NCBI GenBank assembly: GCA_965140445.1
Contig: OZ223236.1
Span: 2,752,001 to 2,816,000 of the forward strand
Direction of reading: 5' to 3'
Length of the DNA: 64,000 nt
From: Candidatus Ozemobacteraceae bacterium
Lineage (GTDB): Bacteria > Muiribacteriota > Ozemobacteria > Ozemobacterales > Ozemobacteraceae
Numbering within the stretch: position 1 is the stretch's first letter; every line of letters begins with the position of its first letter. Positions 19,660 through 29,536 of the stretch are shown here, piece by piece. The notes below the pieces were generated by a model. That model made no database searches and was not told the origin of the DNA. It saw only the letters and a program-made list of their open reading frames with translations. The position numbers and the translations under genes are program-made.

Positions 19660-19848
19660 TCAGTCTTTTTTAACGTACAAAAGACAAGCTTTCCCTGAGC
19701 TTGAAAAAACTACCTGAGACGGGATTTGAGATGTTTTAAAGCCGTGTGCTCTGCAGCCATTAGGAGTCTTTTTCTCCCATGTTACAAAAAAGTAAACGCA
19801 GTCATGGCAATTAACATAGCCACTCTCTTTGCTCTTTGATTTATCCAT
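19660..19848 (-). CDS. Small Cys-rich protein (62 aa; family often labelled 'uracil-DNA glycosylase', function doubtful)
   Basis: NCHDCVYFFVTWEKKTPNGCRAHGFKT...PS..VFSSSGKACLLY four-Cys pattern. Start moved to MDKSK because the longer frame overlaps the divergent gene. Confidence 0.7.
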   Translation of the reverse strand: MDKSKSKESGYVNCHDCVYFFVTWEKKTPNGCRAHGFKTSQIPSQVVFSSSGKACLLYVKKD

Positions 19849-20039
19849 ATTCAAGGGAGGGAGGCGATTGTTAACTTTGCGCGATTGCGTTGACAGCGTC
19901 CTTTGTAAAAGCTTTTTTGTTAGCTGATCGGGCTTTTTCATAACGCACAATTGTAACATTTTTTTTGTGTATGTAAAATACCTGGGAAATCTCTTGTTGA
20001 ATATTTGACTTTGAGCATTGTTGTCACTAATTTTAGTGT

Positions 20040-21299
20040 ATGACAATTGTTAAAATAGAAAAAATATTCTGGGCACTGGTTATTTTCTGGTTTGTTTTAC
20101 GTGGGGCGTTACTTTTTTGCCAGTTGGACGGCAACAAAAGCCCTGAGCTAAAAAAACAGGTTTTACAGTATTTTACCCAGAAAGATATAGATCAGGGCAA
20201 GGAATACGCCTTAAGAGGGTTTGGATTCAAGGTTTTTTATGGTTATTTTTTCGTTTTTATTCTATTGCTTGGAATGAAAATGCAATGGTTTTCAAGAATA
20301 TACACTTCTCTTGAGGGAAAAATTGGCGGTTCCAGTTATTTAACAGACTTTCTTTACATTGTGATGTTTCTCGGATTTATTCAATTACTATCATTACCGA
20401 GTTCCTATTATTTTGGTTATATGCGTGAATCTTCTATGGGATTTTTAAATATTGGTTTTTTCCAATGGCTTTTAAAGTTTTTTAAGTCTGCATTTATTGG
20501 AATCGCTTTTCAGACTGCTGGCATTTATCTGATAATAAATCTGATTAAAATTTTCCCCAAAGGATGGATTATAGCGGTCCCAACAACTATGGCAATATTT
20601 AGTGTTGTTTTAACTATATTGTTTCCATTAATTATAACCCCATTGTTCTACAATCAGGTAAAACTGGACAATCCATCGCTAGAAGCTAAAATTGATTCTG
20701 TTGCCCAAAAAGCGGGAATTGATATCGAAGAAATATATGTCATTGACGAAAGTCGATATTCTAAGCACACAAATGCTTATTTTACAGGCATTGGAAAGCA
20801 TAGAAGAATTGTTTTGTATGACAACCTTTTAAAAAGTAATACAGAAGAAGAAACCATGTTGATTTTTGCTCATGAAGCTGGTCATTGGTTGCACAATCAC
20901 GTATTTAAAGGTCTTTCTCTTGGATTCCTCGGTATGCTTTGTATCACTTTGTTTGTGAACTTTGTTTTTCCTTATTTAAAAGTTGTGCCATGGTTTGGTT
21001 TGAGAGAACTTAGCAGCGCTGGAAATATTCCTTTCTTTTTTACTATGGTTATTCTATTTCAATTATTTACCGCACCAATTGAAAGCCAGATTAGTCAATA
21101 TATGGAACGACAGGCTGATTCTGCTTCTGTAACTTTAACAGGTCTTGTTAAACCATGTATTGATGCAGAAATAAAGCTTGCGCGGGATAACAAGTCGGAT
21201 TTATTGCCACATCCATTTAGAGTTTTCTGGCTTTACAGTCACCCACCAATTATAGACAGAATAAAGATGGCTGAAGAGCATAAAAAAACGCCAGGCTGA
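20040..21299 (+). CDS. M48 family (Ste24/CAAX-like) membrane metallopeptidase
   Basis: NAYFTGIG..RRIVLYD, HEAGH, ERQAD, YSHPP; multi-TM. Confidence 0.92.
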   Translation: MTIVKIEKIFWALVIFWFVLRGALLFCQLDGNKSPELKKQVLQYFTQKDIDQGKEYALRGFGFKVFYGYFFVFILLLGMKMQWFSRIYTSLEGKIGGSSYLTDFLYIVMFLGFIQLLSLPSSYYFGYMRESSMGFLNIGFFQWLLKFFKSAFIGIAFQTAGIYLIINLIKIFPKGWIIAVPTTMAIFSVVLTILFPLIITPLFYNQVKLDNPSLEAKIDSVAQKAGIDIEEIYVIDESRYSKHTNAYFTGIGKHRRIVLYDNLLKSNTEEETMLIFAHEAGHWLHNHVFKGLSLGFLGMLCITLFVNFVFPYLKVVPWFGLRELSSAGNIPFFFTMVILFQLFTAPIESQISQYMERQADSASVTLTGLVKPCIDAEIKLARDNKSDLLPHPFRVFWLYSHPPIIDRIKMAEEHKKTPG

Positions 21300-21315
21300 A
21301 AATACATTCAGCCTG
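21292..21315. terminator. Probable terminator hairpin between convergent genes
   Basis: caggctgaa-aataca-ttcagcctg overlapping the M48 stop. Confidence 0.5.
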
Positions 21316-21331
21316 ACGCAGTTTTAAATGA

Positions 21332-22777
21332 TTAGACGATACTGTCTTGACCATTCAAAGACAGAATTACTTTGTCTATACCAAATTCCTTTTTGAAACG
21401 ATTAGCAAAATCTACCATTTTAACAACCTGGCTATTATGATCCCATCTAGAGCAAAAGCCAGTAAGCAGATTGCAAAGTGTGTTATTTCTGGTAACCGGG
21501 CCTTTTACTTCCACTTTTTTCAGTGTTTGCGAGAACTCATTCTTTGCACTTTCAAGCCATCTTGAAGCCAGTTCGGCTTTTGCTGGTTCCTCTTCAAAAT
21601 TAGGCAGGAAAATTCCTATTTCCTGACCAAAGAGAATCTTTAAGGCTTGTTCTTTACATATTTCTGAAAGTGGGTGGTTTTCATTTTTCTGGATAATCAA
21701 TTCAAGATCCGGCTCTCTGTTACCACTAATTTCCCTTAAGAAAGGAACTTCAAAAGAAATTCTTTCCCTGTCTTTATCTGTAATAATACTTTCTTTTGTT
21801 GGATCGTCAGTCATGTGATTAACGCCAAATATAATTTTCTCTGGTTTAACTTTCCATCCCCGGCGAGTTTCATCAAAGTGATCCATCAGACCAGCAATGG
21901 AAACATTTTTACTGGAAATTAGGTAGACAATCTTGTCAGAGGATTGGACAATTTCTTTGGTGACCTTAGTAAACATTGAACTTGAATCCACAACAATGTA
22001 CTCGTAGTTTGCAAGAATGGTCTGCATTAACGAAAAAGTATGGAATTCTTTTAATCGGATATCCGTCAGTCCGTTTTCCTGTGGAAGCAGTGTTAAAAGA
22101 CCACAAGGTGCTTTTACTACATATTTTTTTATGTCTGAAATACGTTCGTGATCGATAAGATCATCTATAATCCTGGATCTTTGTTCTACGCCTAAAAACT
22201 TTGCAACTCTTTCATCGCGTAGGTTTGGGTCATATAAAAGAACGTCTTTTCCAAGTTCTTGTTGCATGCATAAAGCCAGGTTCCTTGCGAACAGGCTCTT
22301 ACCTGAGGAAGTGTCAGGACCAAGCACTGAATACACATTATTCTTTTTCATGCTTGCTGAACCGTGATTTGTCTTAGAAAGTCGAGCGCATAATGTTTTA
22401 ATGATGCTTAAAGAAACTCCAGGGCTGGTTTTTAAAAGATTTCTGAAATCATCCTTTTTTAAACGAATTACTTCAGTTTCCGCAAGAGCCACAGCCGAAG
22501 CGTTTCTTGGGTCGTCTGTTAAGAGAGACATTTCACCAAAATATTCGCCAAGTTTCAGATGCGTAAGAATTTTGCGTCCACCTTTTCCGTCATCGCAAAA
22601 TATTTGCACAATACCAGACTTAATAATGAACATTGAGTCTGCCTGCTGACCTTCCTTGCAAATGTATGCATCCCGAACAAATTCGATTACTTCAGCACTT
22701 TTGGTTATGCTTTCAAGTTCATCATCTGACAAATATGAAAAAAGAGAGACCCCTCTTAAAAATTCTTTTTGCTTCAT
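21332..22777 (-). CDS. cNMP-binding domain fused to ParA/MinD/CpaE-like domain
   Basis: N-terminal FGEMSLL...PRNASAVA phosphate-binding cassette. Then GPDTSSGKSLFARNLA, VLLYDPN, YEYIVVDSS. Confidence 0.8.
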   Translation of the reverse strand: MKQKEFLRGVSLFSYLSDDELESITKSAEVIEFVRDAYICKEGQQADSMFIIKSGIVQIFCDDGKGGRKILTHLKLGEYFGEMSLLTDDPRNASAVALAETEVIRLKKDDFRNLLKTSPGVSLSIIKTLCARLSKTNHGSASMKKNNVYSVLGPDTSSGKSLFARNLALCMQQELGKDVLLYDPNLRDERVAKFLGVEQRSRIIDDLIDHERISDIKKYVVKAPCGLLTLLPQENGLTDIRLKEFHTFSLMQTILANYEYIVVDSSSMFTKVTKEIVQSSDKIVYLISSKNVSIAGLMDHFDETRRGWKVKPEKIIFGVNHMTDDPTKESIITDKDRERISFEVPFLREISGNREPDLELIIQKNENHPLSEICKEQALKILFGQEIGIFLPNFEEEPAKAELASRWLESAKNEFSQTLKKVEVKGPVTRNNTLCNLLTGFCSRWDHNSQVVKMVDFANRFKKEFGIDKVILSLNGQDSIV

Positions 22778-22835
22778 TTCAGCTCCTCAAAGTATCTATA
22801 AAAAATTTAAATTTAATTGAAACAATAATACAACA

Positions 22836-24374
22836 TTAGCCCTGTATTTCAAAGGGATCTTGAGTTCTATATTGCAAGGCTTCAGCAATGTGCTCTGGAA
22901 GTATGTCCGGCTTGTTTGCCAGGTCGGCAATGGTTCTGGAAACCTTTATGACTTTATCATAGCCCCGAGCCGAGAGATCAAATTTTCTGGCAGCATGAAT
23001 AAGTAAAGTTCTGGATTCATCTGAAAGCTCACAGTATTTTTTCATTCCAGCTTTGGTTAAATGGGCATTAAGGGTAAAGTGCTTCTTGAATCGTTTTTTT
23101 TGAATTTCTCTGGCCTGAATTACTCTTTGCCTGACTATTTTTGAAGGTTCTCCCGCTTCTTTTTCTGACAATTCCTCCGTTGAAAGCCTTGGAAGATGTA
23201 ACTGCAGGTCTATTCTGTCCAGGAGAGGACCTGAAATTTTTTGCCGGTATTTTCTTATCTGATTTAGATTGCAGACACACTCTTTTATCGGATCAGTATA
23301 GAATCCGCAGGGGCATGGGTTCAGGGCAGCTACCAGAAGAAATCTTGCTGGAAACAAATTGGTTTGCGCTGCTCTGGAAATAGAAACCTTTCCACTGCTA
23401 AGTGGTTCTCGCAAAACTTCCAGAACAGATTTTCTAAACTCTGGAAGTTCATCCAAAAATAAAACCCCATTATGGGCCAATGATACTTCGCCAGGACTTG
23501 GAACTCGCCCACCACCAATCAAAGCAACGTCAGAAATTGTGTGATGAGGGTCACGAAAAGGTGGAACAGAGATTAGGGAACTACCTTTTGGTAGCAGGCC
23601 TTTTATGCTGTAAACCCTTGTGACCTCAAGAGACTGCTCGAATCCAAGCTCCGGTAAAATTGTGGGTAAGGCTTTGGCAATCATGGTTTTGCCTGAACCT
23701 GGGGGGCCTGAAAAAAGTATGTTATGCGAGCCAGCGGCGGCAATCTCGATGGCCCTTTTGGCGGTGTATTGCCCTTTAACCTCCTCAAGATCAATGAAGT
23801 TAAATAGTTTTTCACACTTTTCGATTGATGGAAATGAATCTAAGGTAATTGTTTCAGGCTTTTTATGACTGATGAATGAATTCATTAGAGACTCAAGATC
23901 TGGAAAAGAGTAAACTTTAATTCCGGGAACAACAAGTGCTTCAGGCGCATTTTCTATTGGCACCACGACCCCACGATACCCAAGTTCTTTGGCCATTAAA
24001 GCTATGGGAAGGACGCCGCGCGTGTGCCTGATTTTTCCATCTAGACTCAGCTCACCGATAACTATCAGATTTTCTGCTTTTCTTATGGGAAAGGTTTCTC
24101 CTGCTGCAGCGATTGCTAAGGCTAAAGCAAGATCAAGGCCAGAACCTTCTTTTCTTACATCTGCGGGTGCCAGATTAATGGTTATTTTTTTAGGTGGAAT
24201 TGGAAAACCCGAATTTTTAAGAGCTGCCTTTACTCTTTCTCTTGATTCATTTACGGAAGCGTCTGGTAGTCCAACCATTGAAAGACCCGGTATTCCCCCC
24301 GCAAAGTCTACTTCGACCTCTACAGGAATCGCTTCAATTCCAGAAATTGTTGCAGATAGTACCTTTGAAAACAT
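22836..24374 (-). CDS. comM: YifB/ComM Mg-chelatase-like AAA+ ATPase
   Basis: VGLPDASVNESRERV, NLAPADVRKEG, GPPGSGKT, PFRDPHHT, GVLFLDELPEF, NPCPCG, SGPLLDRID. Confidence 0.93.
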   Translation of the reverse strand: MFSKVLSATISGIEAIPVEVEVDFAGGIPGLSMVGLPDASVNESRERVKAALKNSGFPIPPKKITINLAPADVRKEGSGLDLALALAIAAAGETFPIRKAENLIVIGELSLDGKIRHTRGVLPIALMAKELGYRGVVVPIENAPEALVVPGIKVYSFPDLESLMNSFISHKKPETITLDSFPSIEKCEKLFNFIDLEEVKGQYTAKRAIEIAAAGSHNILFSGPPGSGKTMIAKALPTILPELGFEQSLEVTRVYSIKGLLPKGSSLISVPPFRDPHHTISDVALIGGGRVPSPGEVSLAHNGVLFLDELPEFRKSVLEVLREPLSSGKVSISRAAQTNLFPARFLLVAALNPCPCGFYTDPIKECVCNLNQIRKYRQKISGPLLDRIDLQLHLPRLSTEELSEKEAGEPSKIVRQRVIQAREIQKKRFKKHFTLNAHLTKAGMKKYCELSDESRTLLIHAARKFDLSARGYDKVIKVSRTIADLANKPDILPEHIAEALQYRTQDPFEIQG

Positions 24375-24496
24375 TGCCCCTCACAGATAATTGAAATTTT
24401 TAGCTTATAGTAATATAGTAATCTCTAAGAAAAAAGAATTCCACGCATAGTTTTTATTTAATGAAGTTCGGATTAGAAGCTGGAGATGTTTGACTA

Positions 24497-25852
24497 ATGG
24501 TTAAAAGGCCAACCGAGGAATCTGTTGCGGCAGATAAAGGTGACATTTCAACCTCCTTTGAAGACGCTCTCATACTTGAAAATTTCGAAATGGCTCAAAG
24601 CCAACTTGAAGAATTTAAGCAAAAGTATGGAGCCTCTGCAACCTATCAACATCGCCTTGCCAAACTTAGATGGAAAGAAGGCAATATACCTAAAGCTTAT
24701 GATATTTTAAAAACCTTGTACTATGAAATGCCTGTATACATGCGCGACCACAATGATTTTTTCAGAATAAAAGAAGAGGCTATTCAGGAAAAATTGAATC
24801 GGGCAAAAGCACAATGGAAACAGATTGTTGTGAAGGCATCCAAGTTCATGGAAGAGAACCCTGAAGAGGAAAAGACTGCGGAAGCTGCAGCACCTTATGT
24901 TAAAAACTTTTGGGCAAAGCATTTTGAAGAAATTGAATCCGTAGCAAATCTTTATCGACTAGTTCTTTCAATTGAGAATTTTGATACCGCGGCTCTGGGT
25001 GGGATGATTCAGTGTTATTCAGAACTGAAGGATAAAGAAAAGGAAAACCTTTATAAAAATCAGCTCAGGGAAGCCAAGACACACTGGAAAAGTCTTATTG
25101 GCAAGAGGAGTGCGGCTGTTGCAATTGCTGCAAATAAACAGATTGAAACAGGCCATTTTGACGGGGCAATTGAAATATTGAATCTTGGACTAGATACGGA
25201 CCCAACAAATCTTGAACTTTTGCTTCTAAAAGCAGAGAATCTTCAAAAAATTAAGCATTTTCAGGATGCCCTCGCATGCGTTTATGTCGCAGTTAAGCTT
25301 AACCCAAAAAACTCCAAAGCCTTAAGGCTAAAAAAATCAATTGAAGCTCAAAAATTTGATTTAAACCTGAAAGAAGGTTTGGATTATCTATTCAGCGCAG
25401 AACAGGAAAGCCCCGGAACACCGCAGCAGTTATCCAAAGTTGAGGCTGCATTAAGTCGATTTTTAGATGCTTTATCATATGATGCCCAAAACCTGTGTGC
25501 TCTGGCTGGAATTTACAGGTGCCACCTTAGAGCTGGAAAGCCACTAAAAGCTCAAAAAACATTGGAAAGAATTAGAACTATTGATTCAAGCTTTGATGTT
25601 TACTCTATTTTTAGAGATAAAAAAGGGAAATCGGACGAAGAAGAAGCCTGCTTTGTTGCTACAAGACTTTTTGGTTCTTCGCACCCAATAACCAACTCAT
25701 TACGAAATTTTCGTGAGACCAGGTTGAGAAAAAATCTACCCGGAAAGATTTTCATTCAATTATATAGGCGAGTAGGCCCATCGTTGGCGAGAATTCCTGG
25801 TCGGAGTCCGTTTTTGCCAGCCGTAAGAGCTATTCTAAGAAAAATAGTATAA
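24497..25852 (+). CDS. TPR-like helical protein with C-terminal CFI-box-CTERM domain
   Basis: TPR-like helices. C-terminus ACFVATRLFG...LRNFRETRL...GKIFIQLYRRVGPSLA. Confidence 0.78.
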   Translation: MVKRPTEESVAADKGDISTSFEDALILENFEMAQSQLEEFKQKYGASATYQHRLAKLRWKEGNIPKAYDILKTLYYEMPVYMRDHNDFFRIKEEAIQEKLNRAKAQWKQIVVKASKFMEENPEEEKTAEAAAPYVKNFWAKHFEEIESVANLYRLVLSIENFDTAALGGMIQCYSELKDKEKENLYKNQLREAKTHWKSLIGKRSAAVAIAANKQIETGHFDGAIEILNLGLDTDPTNLELLLLKAENLQKIKHFQDALACVYVAVKLNPKNSKALRLKKSIEAQKFDLNLKEGLDYLFSAEQESPGTPQQLSKVEAALSRFLDALSYDAQNLCALAGIYRCHLRAGKPLKAQKTLERIRTIDSSFDVYSIFRDKKGKSDEEEACFVATRLFGSSHPITNSLRNFRETRLRKNLPGKIFIQLYRRVGPSLARIPGRSPFLPAVRAILRKIV

Positions 25853-25898
25853 AAAAAACCTCTTCCAGACGGGTGTCTAAAAGAGGTCTTAATTTTTT
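25851..25898. terminator. Probable bidirectional terminator (imperfect)
   Basis: A-run, acctctt..agac-gggt-gtct..aagaggt, T-run, between convergent genes. Confidence 0.45.
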
Positions 25899-25900
25899 GC

Positions 25901-26791
25901 TTATGACTGACTTCCTGCTGCAAGCCCCAATCTTATGGAATTCATCTTGGTAGCTTTGTCATCCGCTCTGGAAAGCATTATAACAGGGCAAGAAGCACCA
26001 ATTATAAGACCACCAGCTTGTACGTCAGCAAAATACATCAGGGATTTTCCTAGAATATTTCCTGTATCAATGTCTGGAGCTACTAAAATGTCAGCTTTCC
26101 CTACAACTTCATTAAATAAACCTTTGTGGTGAGCTGATTCTAAAGAAATTGCGTTATCAAGGGCAAGTGGGCCTTCCACAATGCAGTCTTTACCAAATTG
26201 TTTTCTTTCACCCATTTTGGAGAGAATAGCTGCGTCGACAGTGCTTTGCATCTTTGGGTTAACCTTTTCAACAGCACTTAATACTGCAACTCTTGGAATT
26301 TCAATTCCAAAAGATTTGGCTAAAGATTTTGCATTATTGATAATTTCAATTTTTTCGTCAAGAGTGGGGTGGGGGATCATTCCGCCATCTGTGAGAAATT
26401 TTAAGCTGTCTTCCCATTCAAAAATTAAAACATGGGACAGAATTTTTCCTTTTTTAATGCCTGTTTCTGAGTTCAATACAGCTTTGAGCAATACAGGAGT
26501 GGAAATATTTCCTTTCATTAAGGCTTTGGCTCTGCCAGATTTGACCAGTTCTACAGATTTGGCAGCAGCATCTTCTGGAGAGTCGGCATGAATATATTCG
26601 GGGGCAAAACCAGGTGCAACTTTTTCTACACAGGCTTTCATTGCCTCAAGATTACCGACCAGTATGCATTCTACAAATCCAAGATTAGTGGCTTCATAGG
26701 CTGATAAAACCGTATCTACATCATCTGGCATACAAATGGCCAGGGGAACTTTATTTGATTTTAGCTTTTTATCTAGTTCTAAAAAATTCAT
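25901..26791 (-). CDS. ptb: Phosphate butyryltransferase
   Basis: LMKGNIST, LSHV, TDGGM.PHP, EGPLALDNAIS, GNILGKSL, LSRAD; adjacent to buk. Confidence 0.9.
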   Translation of the reverse strand: MNFLELDKKLKSNKVPLAICMPDDVDTVLSAYEATNLGFVECILVGNLEAMKACVEKVAPGFAPEYIHADSPEDAAAKSVELVKSGRAKALMKGNISTPVLLKAVLNSETGIKKGKILSHVLIFEWEDSLKFLTDGGMIPHPTLDEKIEIINNAKSLAKSFGIEIPRVAVLSAVEKVNPKMQSTVDAAILSKMGERKQFGKDCIVEGPLALDNAISLESAHHKGLFNEVVGKADILVAPDIDTGNILGKSLMYFADVQAGGLIIGASCPVIMLSRADDKATKMNSIRLGLAAGSQS

Positions 26792-26808
26792 TCCTTATTC
26801 CTTTTGCC

Positions 26809-27882
26809 TTAATATTTTTTTATTACTGAAGGGTCTTTAAGGGCCTTAACCGCATGCGCAGCCAATGCTTTCAATTCATTCTGGCCAGGCTTAACGACAA
26901 CTGGGGCAATAAATGATACTCTTTCTTTAACCCAACTTACAACATGCTTGTTATTGGCTACACCACCTGTAAGGATGATTCCATCAACCTTGCCCTTTAA
27001 AACTGCTGCCATAGCGCCAATTTCTTTGGAAATCTGATAAGCCATTGCCTCAAGGACCAATTCAGCTTTTTTGTCTCCAGATTCAATCATTTTACTGATT
27101 TCTCGACAATCAGACACTCCCAGGTATGCCAGCAGACCACCTTTTCCTATAAGTTTCTTTTTTAAGGTTTTTTGGTCATATTTTCCGCTGAAGCAAAGTT
27201 TCATCAATCCAGTAATTGGTAAACTCCCGCATCTCTCCGGGGAAAATGGACCACCGTCGTTAGCATTGTTTACATCAATCTGTCTGCCCTTTCTGCTTGC
27301 AGATATTGAAGTTCCGCCACCAAGGTGGGCTACAATATAATTCATATCAGTAGGTTTTTTGCCAGCTTCTTCAGCAACTTCAGCAACCACTGCCTTTGAA
27401 TTTAGAGCATGTCCAAGGGAAAGCCGAGGGATATCAGGACAGCCGCTTATTCTGGCGATATCTTCAAATTCATCAACAGAGACTGGATCTGCAATGAAAG
27501 CTGGAATTGTATTGTTTTCAGCAAATTTGTAGGCGATGAGCCCACCAAGAATGGAAGCGTGGTCAACTAATTTACCGGAATTGAGGTCTTCAATTAAACT
27601 TAAACCGACCTTATAAACACCACCTTCAAGAGGTTTTAAGGGGCCGCCTCGACCTATTACTGCGTCCAGCTTAGAAGGGTCAGTATCCCATTCTTTTAGA
27701 GCTTTCTGAACTGTTTCAAATCTATAATCTAATTGCTGTAAATTCGAGCTGAATTTTTCCAGTTCTGAATTCGGGTGAGTAAGCTCTAGTTCTTTTTGAA
27801 TTTCAGTTCCATGAAATAAAGCTATTTTAGTAGAAGTTGAACCGGGGTTTACTACAAGAATCAACGGACTATCTTTCATCAT
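26809..27882 (-). CDS. buk: Butyrate kinase
   Basis: VVNPGSTSTKIA, GRGGPL, DPVSVDE, HALNSKAV, HLGGGTS, GPFSPERCG. Confidence 0.95.
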   Translation of the reverse strand: MMKDSPLILVVNPGSTSTKIALFHGTEIQKELELTHPNSELEKFSSNLQQLDYRFETVQKALKEWDTDPSKLDAVIGRGGPLKPLEGGVYKVGLSLIEDLNSGKLVDHASILGGLIAYKFAENNTIPAFIADPVSVDEFEDIARISGCPDIPRLSLGHALNSKAVVAEVAEEAGKKPTDMNYIVAHLGGGTSISASRKGRQIDVNNANDGGPFSPERCGSLPITGLMKLCFSGKYDQKTLKKKLIGKGGLLAYLGVSDCREISKMIESGDKKAELVLEAMAYQISKEIGAMAAVLKGKVDGIILTGGVANNKHVVSWVKERVSFIAPVVVKPGQNELKALAAHAVKALKDPSVIKKY

Positions 27883-28294
27883 TCTTCCTCAAATTTAATA
27901 TTTTTAACCATTCTAGTTTCTGTGCTGCTATTTTATCAGCTGGACAAAAATCATCCAAAGGAAACTTTTCAGGGTGAAACCATGAAACTTCTTTATTCTC
28001 AGAAATCAGTTGCATAGCTGCTTTTTCAACGGTTGGACAAATCTTGCAAGAAACAAAATGCAGTCTAACCTTTTTATCCGGGTATGAATGCTCTAGCGTC
28101 AAAAGGTTTTCCATTGGTAAAACCTTAATGCTTAGTTCTTCCATTATTTCTCTGATAGATGCTGACAAAGGCGTTTCGCCTGATTCAAGTTTTCCACCAG
28201 GGAATTCCCACAAATCGTGAAGATATCCACCTTTTCTACGTGCTAAAAGAACGTTAGAATCATGAACTATTACTGCTGCGGCTACATCAATCAT
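27869..28294 (-). CDS. Nudix hydrolase, MutT/NudG-like
   Basis: WEFPGGKLESGETPLSASIREIMEEL Nudix box. Confidence 0.9.
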   Translation of the reverse strand: MIDVAAAVIVHDSNVLLARRKGGYLHDLWEFPGGKLESGETPLSASIREIMEELSIKVLPMENLLTLEHSYPDKKVRLHFVSCKICPTVEKAAMQLISENKEVSWFHPEKFPLDDFCPADKIAAQKLEWLKILNLRKNDER

Positions 28295-28304
28295 TTTAAT
28301 CCTG

Positions 28305-29477
28305 CTAATCTAGTTTTATTAAGAGACCTTTTAGGTATCTACCTTCTATTTGAGCTAAAGAAATCGGGTGGTCAAGGGCATGAAAAGATTCTTTTACTAT
28401 GGTTGCTCTTCTTCTGGCTTTAAATGCAGCGTCCGCAACCATTTGATAGAAATCTTCACGACTTACCTGGCTACTGCAGGAGGCTGTAAAAATAAATCCA
28501 TGGTGGGCAACTGTTCTCATTCCAGCCACATTCAATTTTAAATATGCCTTTAAGGCTTTATCTACGTCTTTTTTGTTCTTCGCCATAGAAGGTGGGTCAA
28601 GAACCACCAGAGAAAATTTCTTTTTACAGCCTTCAAGAAATTTATACATGTCTTCACATACAAGTTTGTGACTTTCTGCTGACAATCCATTTAATTCCAG
28701 ATTATTGCTCGCTTCATCTAGTGCTGGTTGAGCTATATCAACTGTTACGGATGATCTCGCTCCACCATAGGCAGCAGCAACTGTAAATGCCCCAGTATAT
28801 CCACAAATATTTAAGAAATTTCTATCCTGAGCGATTTGCCTGATTAGATCTCTGTTATCTCGTTGATCCAGAAAAAAACCAGTTTTTTGACCATTCTGTA
28901 AATCTGTAGAGAATTTGATCCCATTTTCCAGAAACACAATTTTTTCTGGCATGTTTTTGCCAAAAATAAGGCCATCCTTACTTGTATTTGCCAGTCGAAT
29001 CTGGTTTCTTCGCCAAATCCATTTTGTATCTGGGAGCTCTTCAAGAAGTGAATCAACAATTGTCTTGAATAAGGGTTCTAAACCTGCTGAATAGGTTTGA
29101 ATTGAAAGTGCGCCTTCATACTTATCAACAATTAATCCTGGTATCCCATCACCCTCGCCGTTGATTACTCTATAGGCGGTAGTCTGGCCATCGGTAAAAC
29201 AAGTCTTTCTGAGCTGAACAGCAGAGGTAATCAAGGTTTTGACACTTTGAAACAAACTGTTTTTCTGTGTTGTTGGGATCATTCTTATCAGGATTTTTGA
29301 ATTAACATCCAGATAACCTTTCCCAAGAAATTTTTCACTTTGGGAGTATAGCTCAACCTGGTCGCCAGTTTTTAAGCCGTTGGTTTTTTCAACTATGGCA
29401 TCGGCGTAAACCCATGGATGACCCCTGAGTAATTGGAATTCTCGTCCTTTTTTTATAGTAAGTTTAATTGGTTTCAT
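28305..29477 (-). CDS. rlmI: RlmI-family rRNA methyltransferase (PUA + SAM domain)
   Basis: GHPWVY, NGEGDGIPGLIVDKY, GQKTGFFLDQRDNR, VVLDPPS, TASCS. Confidence 0.85.
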   Translation of the reverse strand: MKPIKLTIKKGREFQLLRGHPWVYADAIVEKTNGLKTGDQVELYSQSEKFLGKGYLDVNSKILIRMIPTTQKNSLFQSVKTLITSAVQLRKTCFTDGQTTAYRVINGEGDGIPGLIVDKYEGALSIQTYSAGLEPLFKTIVDSLLEELPDTKWIWRRNQIRLANTSKDGLIFGKNMPEKIVFLENGIKFSTDLQNGQKTGFFLDQRDNRDLIRQIAQDRNFLNICGYTGAFTVAAAYGGARSSVTVDIAQPALDEASNNLELNGLSAESHKLVCEDMYKFLEGCKKKFSLVVLDPPSMAKNKKDVDKALKAYLKLNVAGMRTVAHHGFIFTASCSSQVSREDFYQMVADAAFKARRRATIVKESFHALDHPISLAQIEGRYLKGLLIKLD

Positions 29478-29536
29478 AGCTTTCTCGATTATGCTATCAG
29501 CACAAGTTTATTGAGGCAACTTTTGCTTCGGCTGTA

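Noticed and set aside
19849..20046. N-terminal extension of the 128-aa ORF in the track
   Set aside because: Overlaps the divergent M48 start and promoter region; family-like sequence begins only near MDKSK
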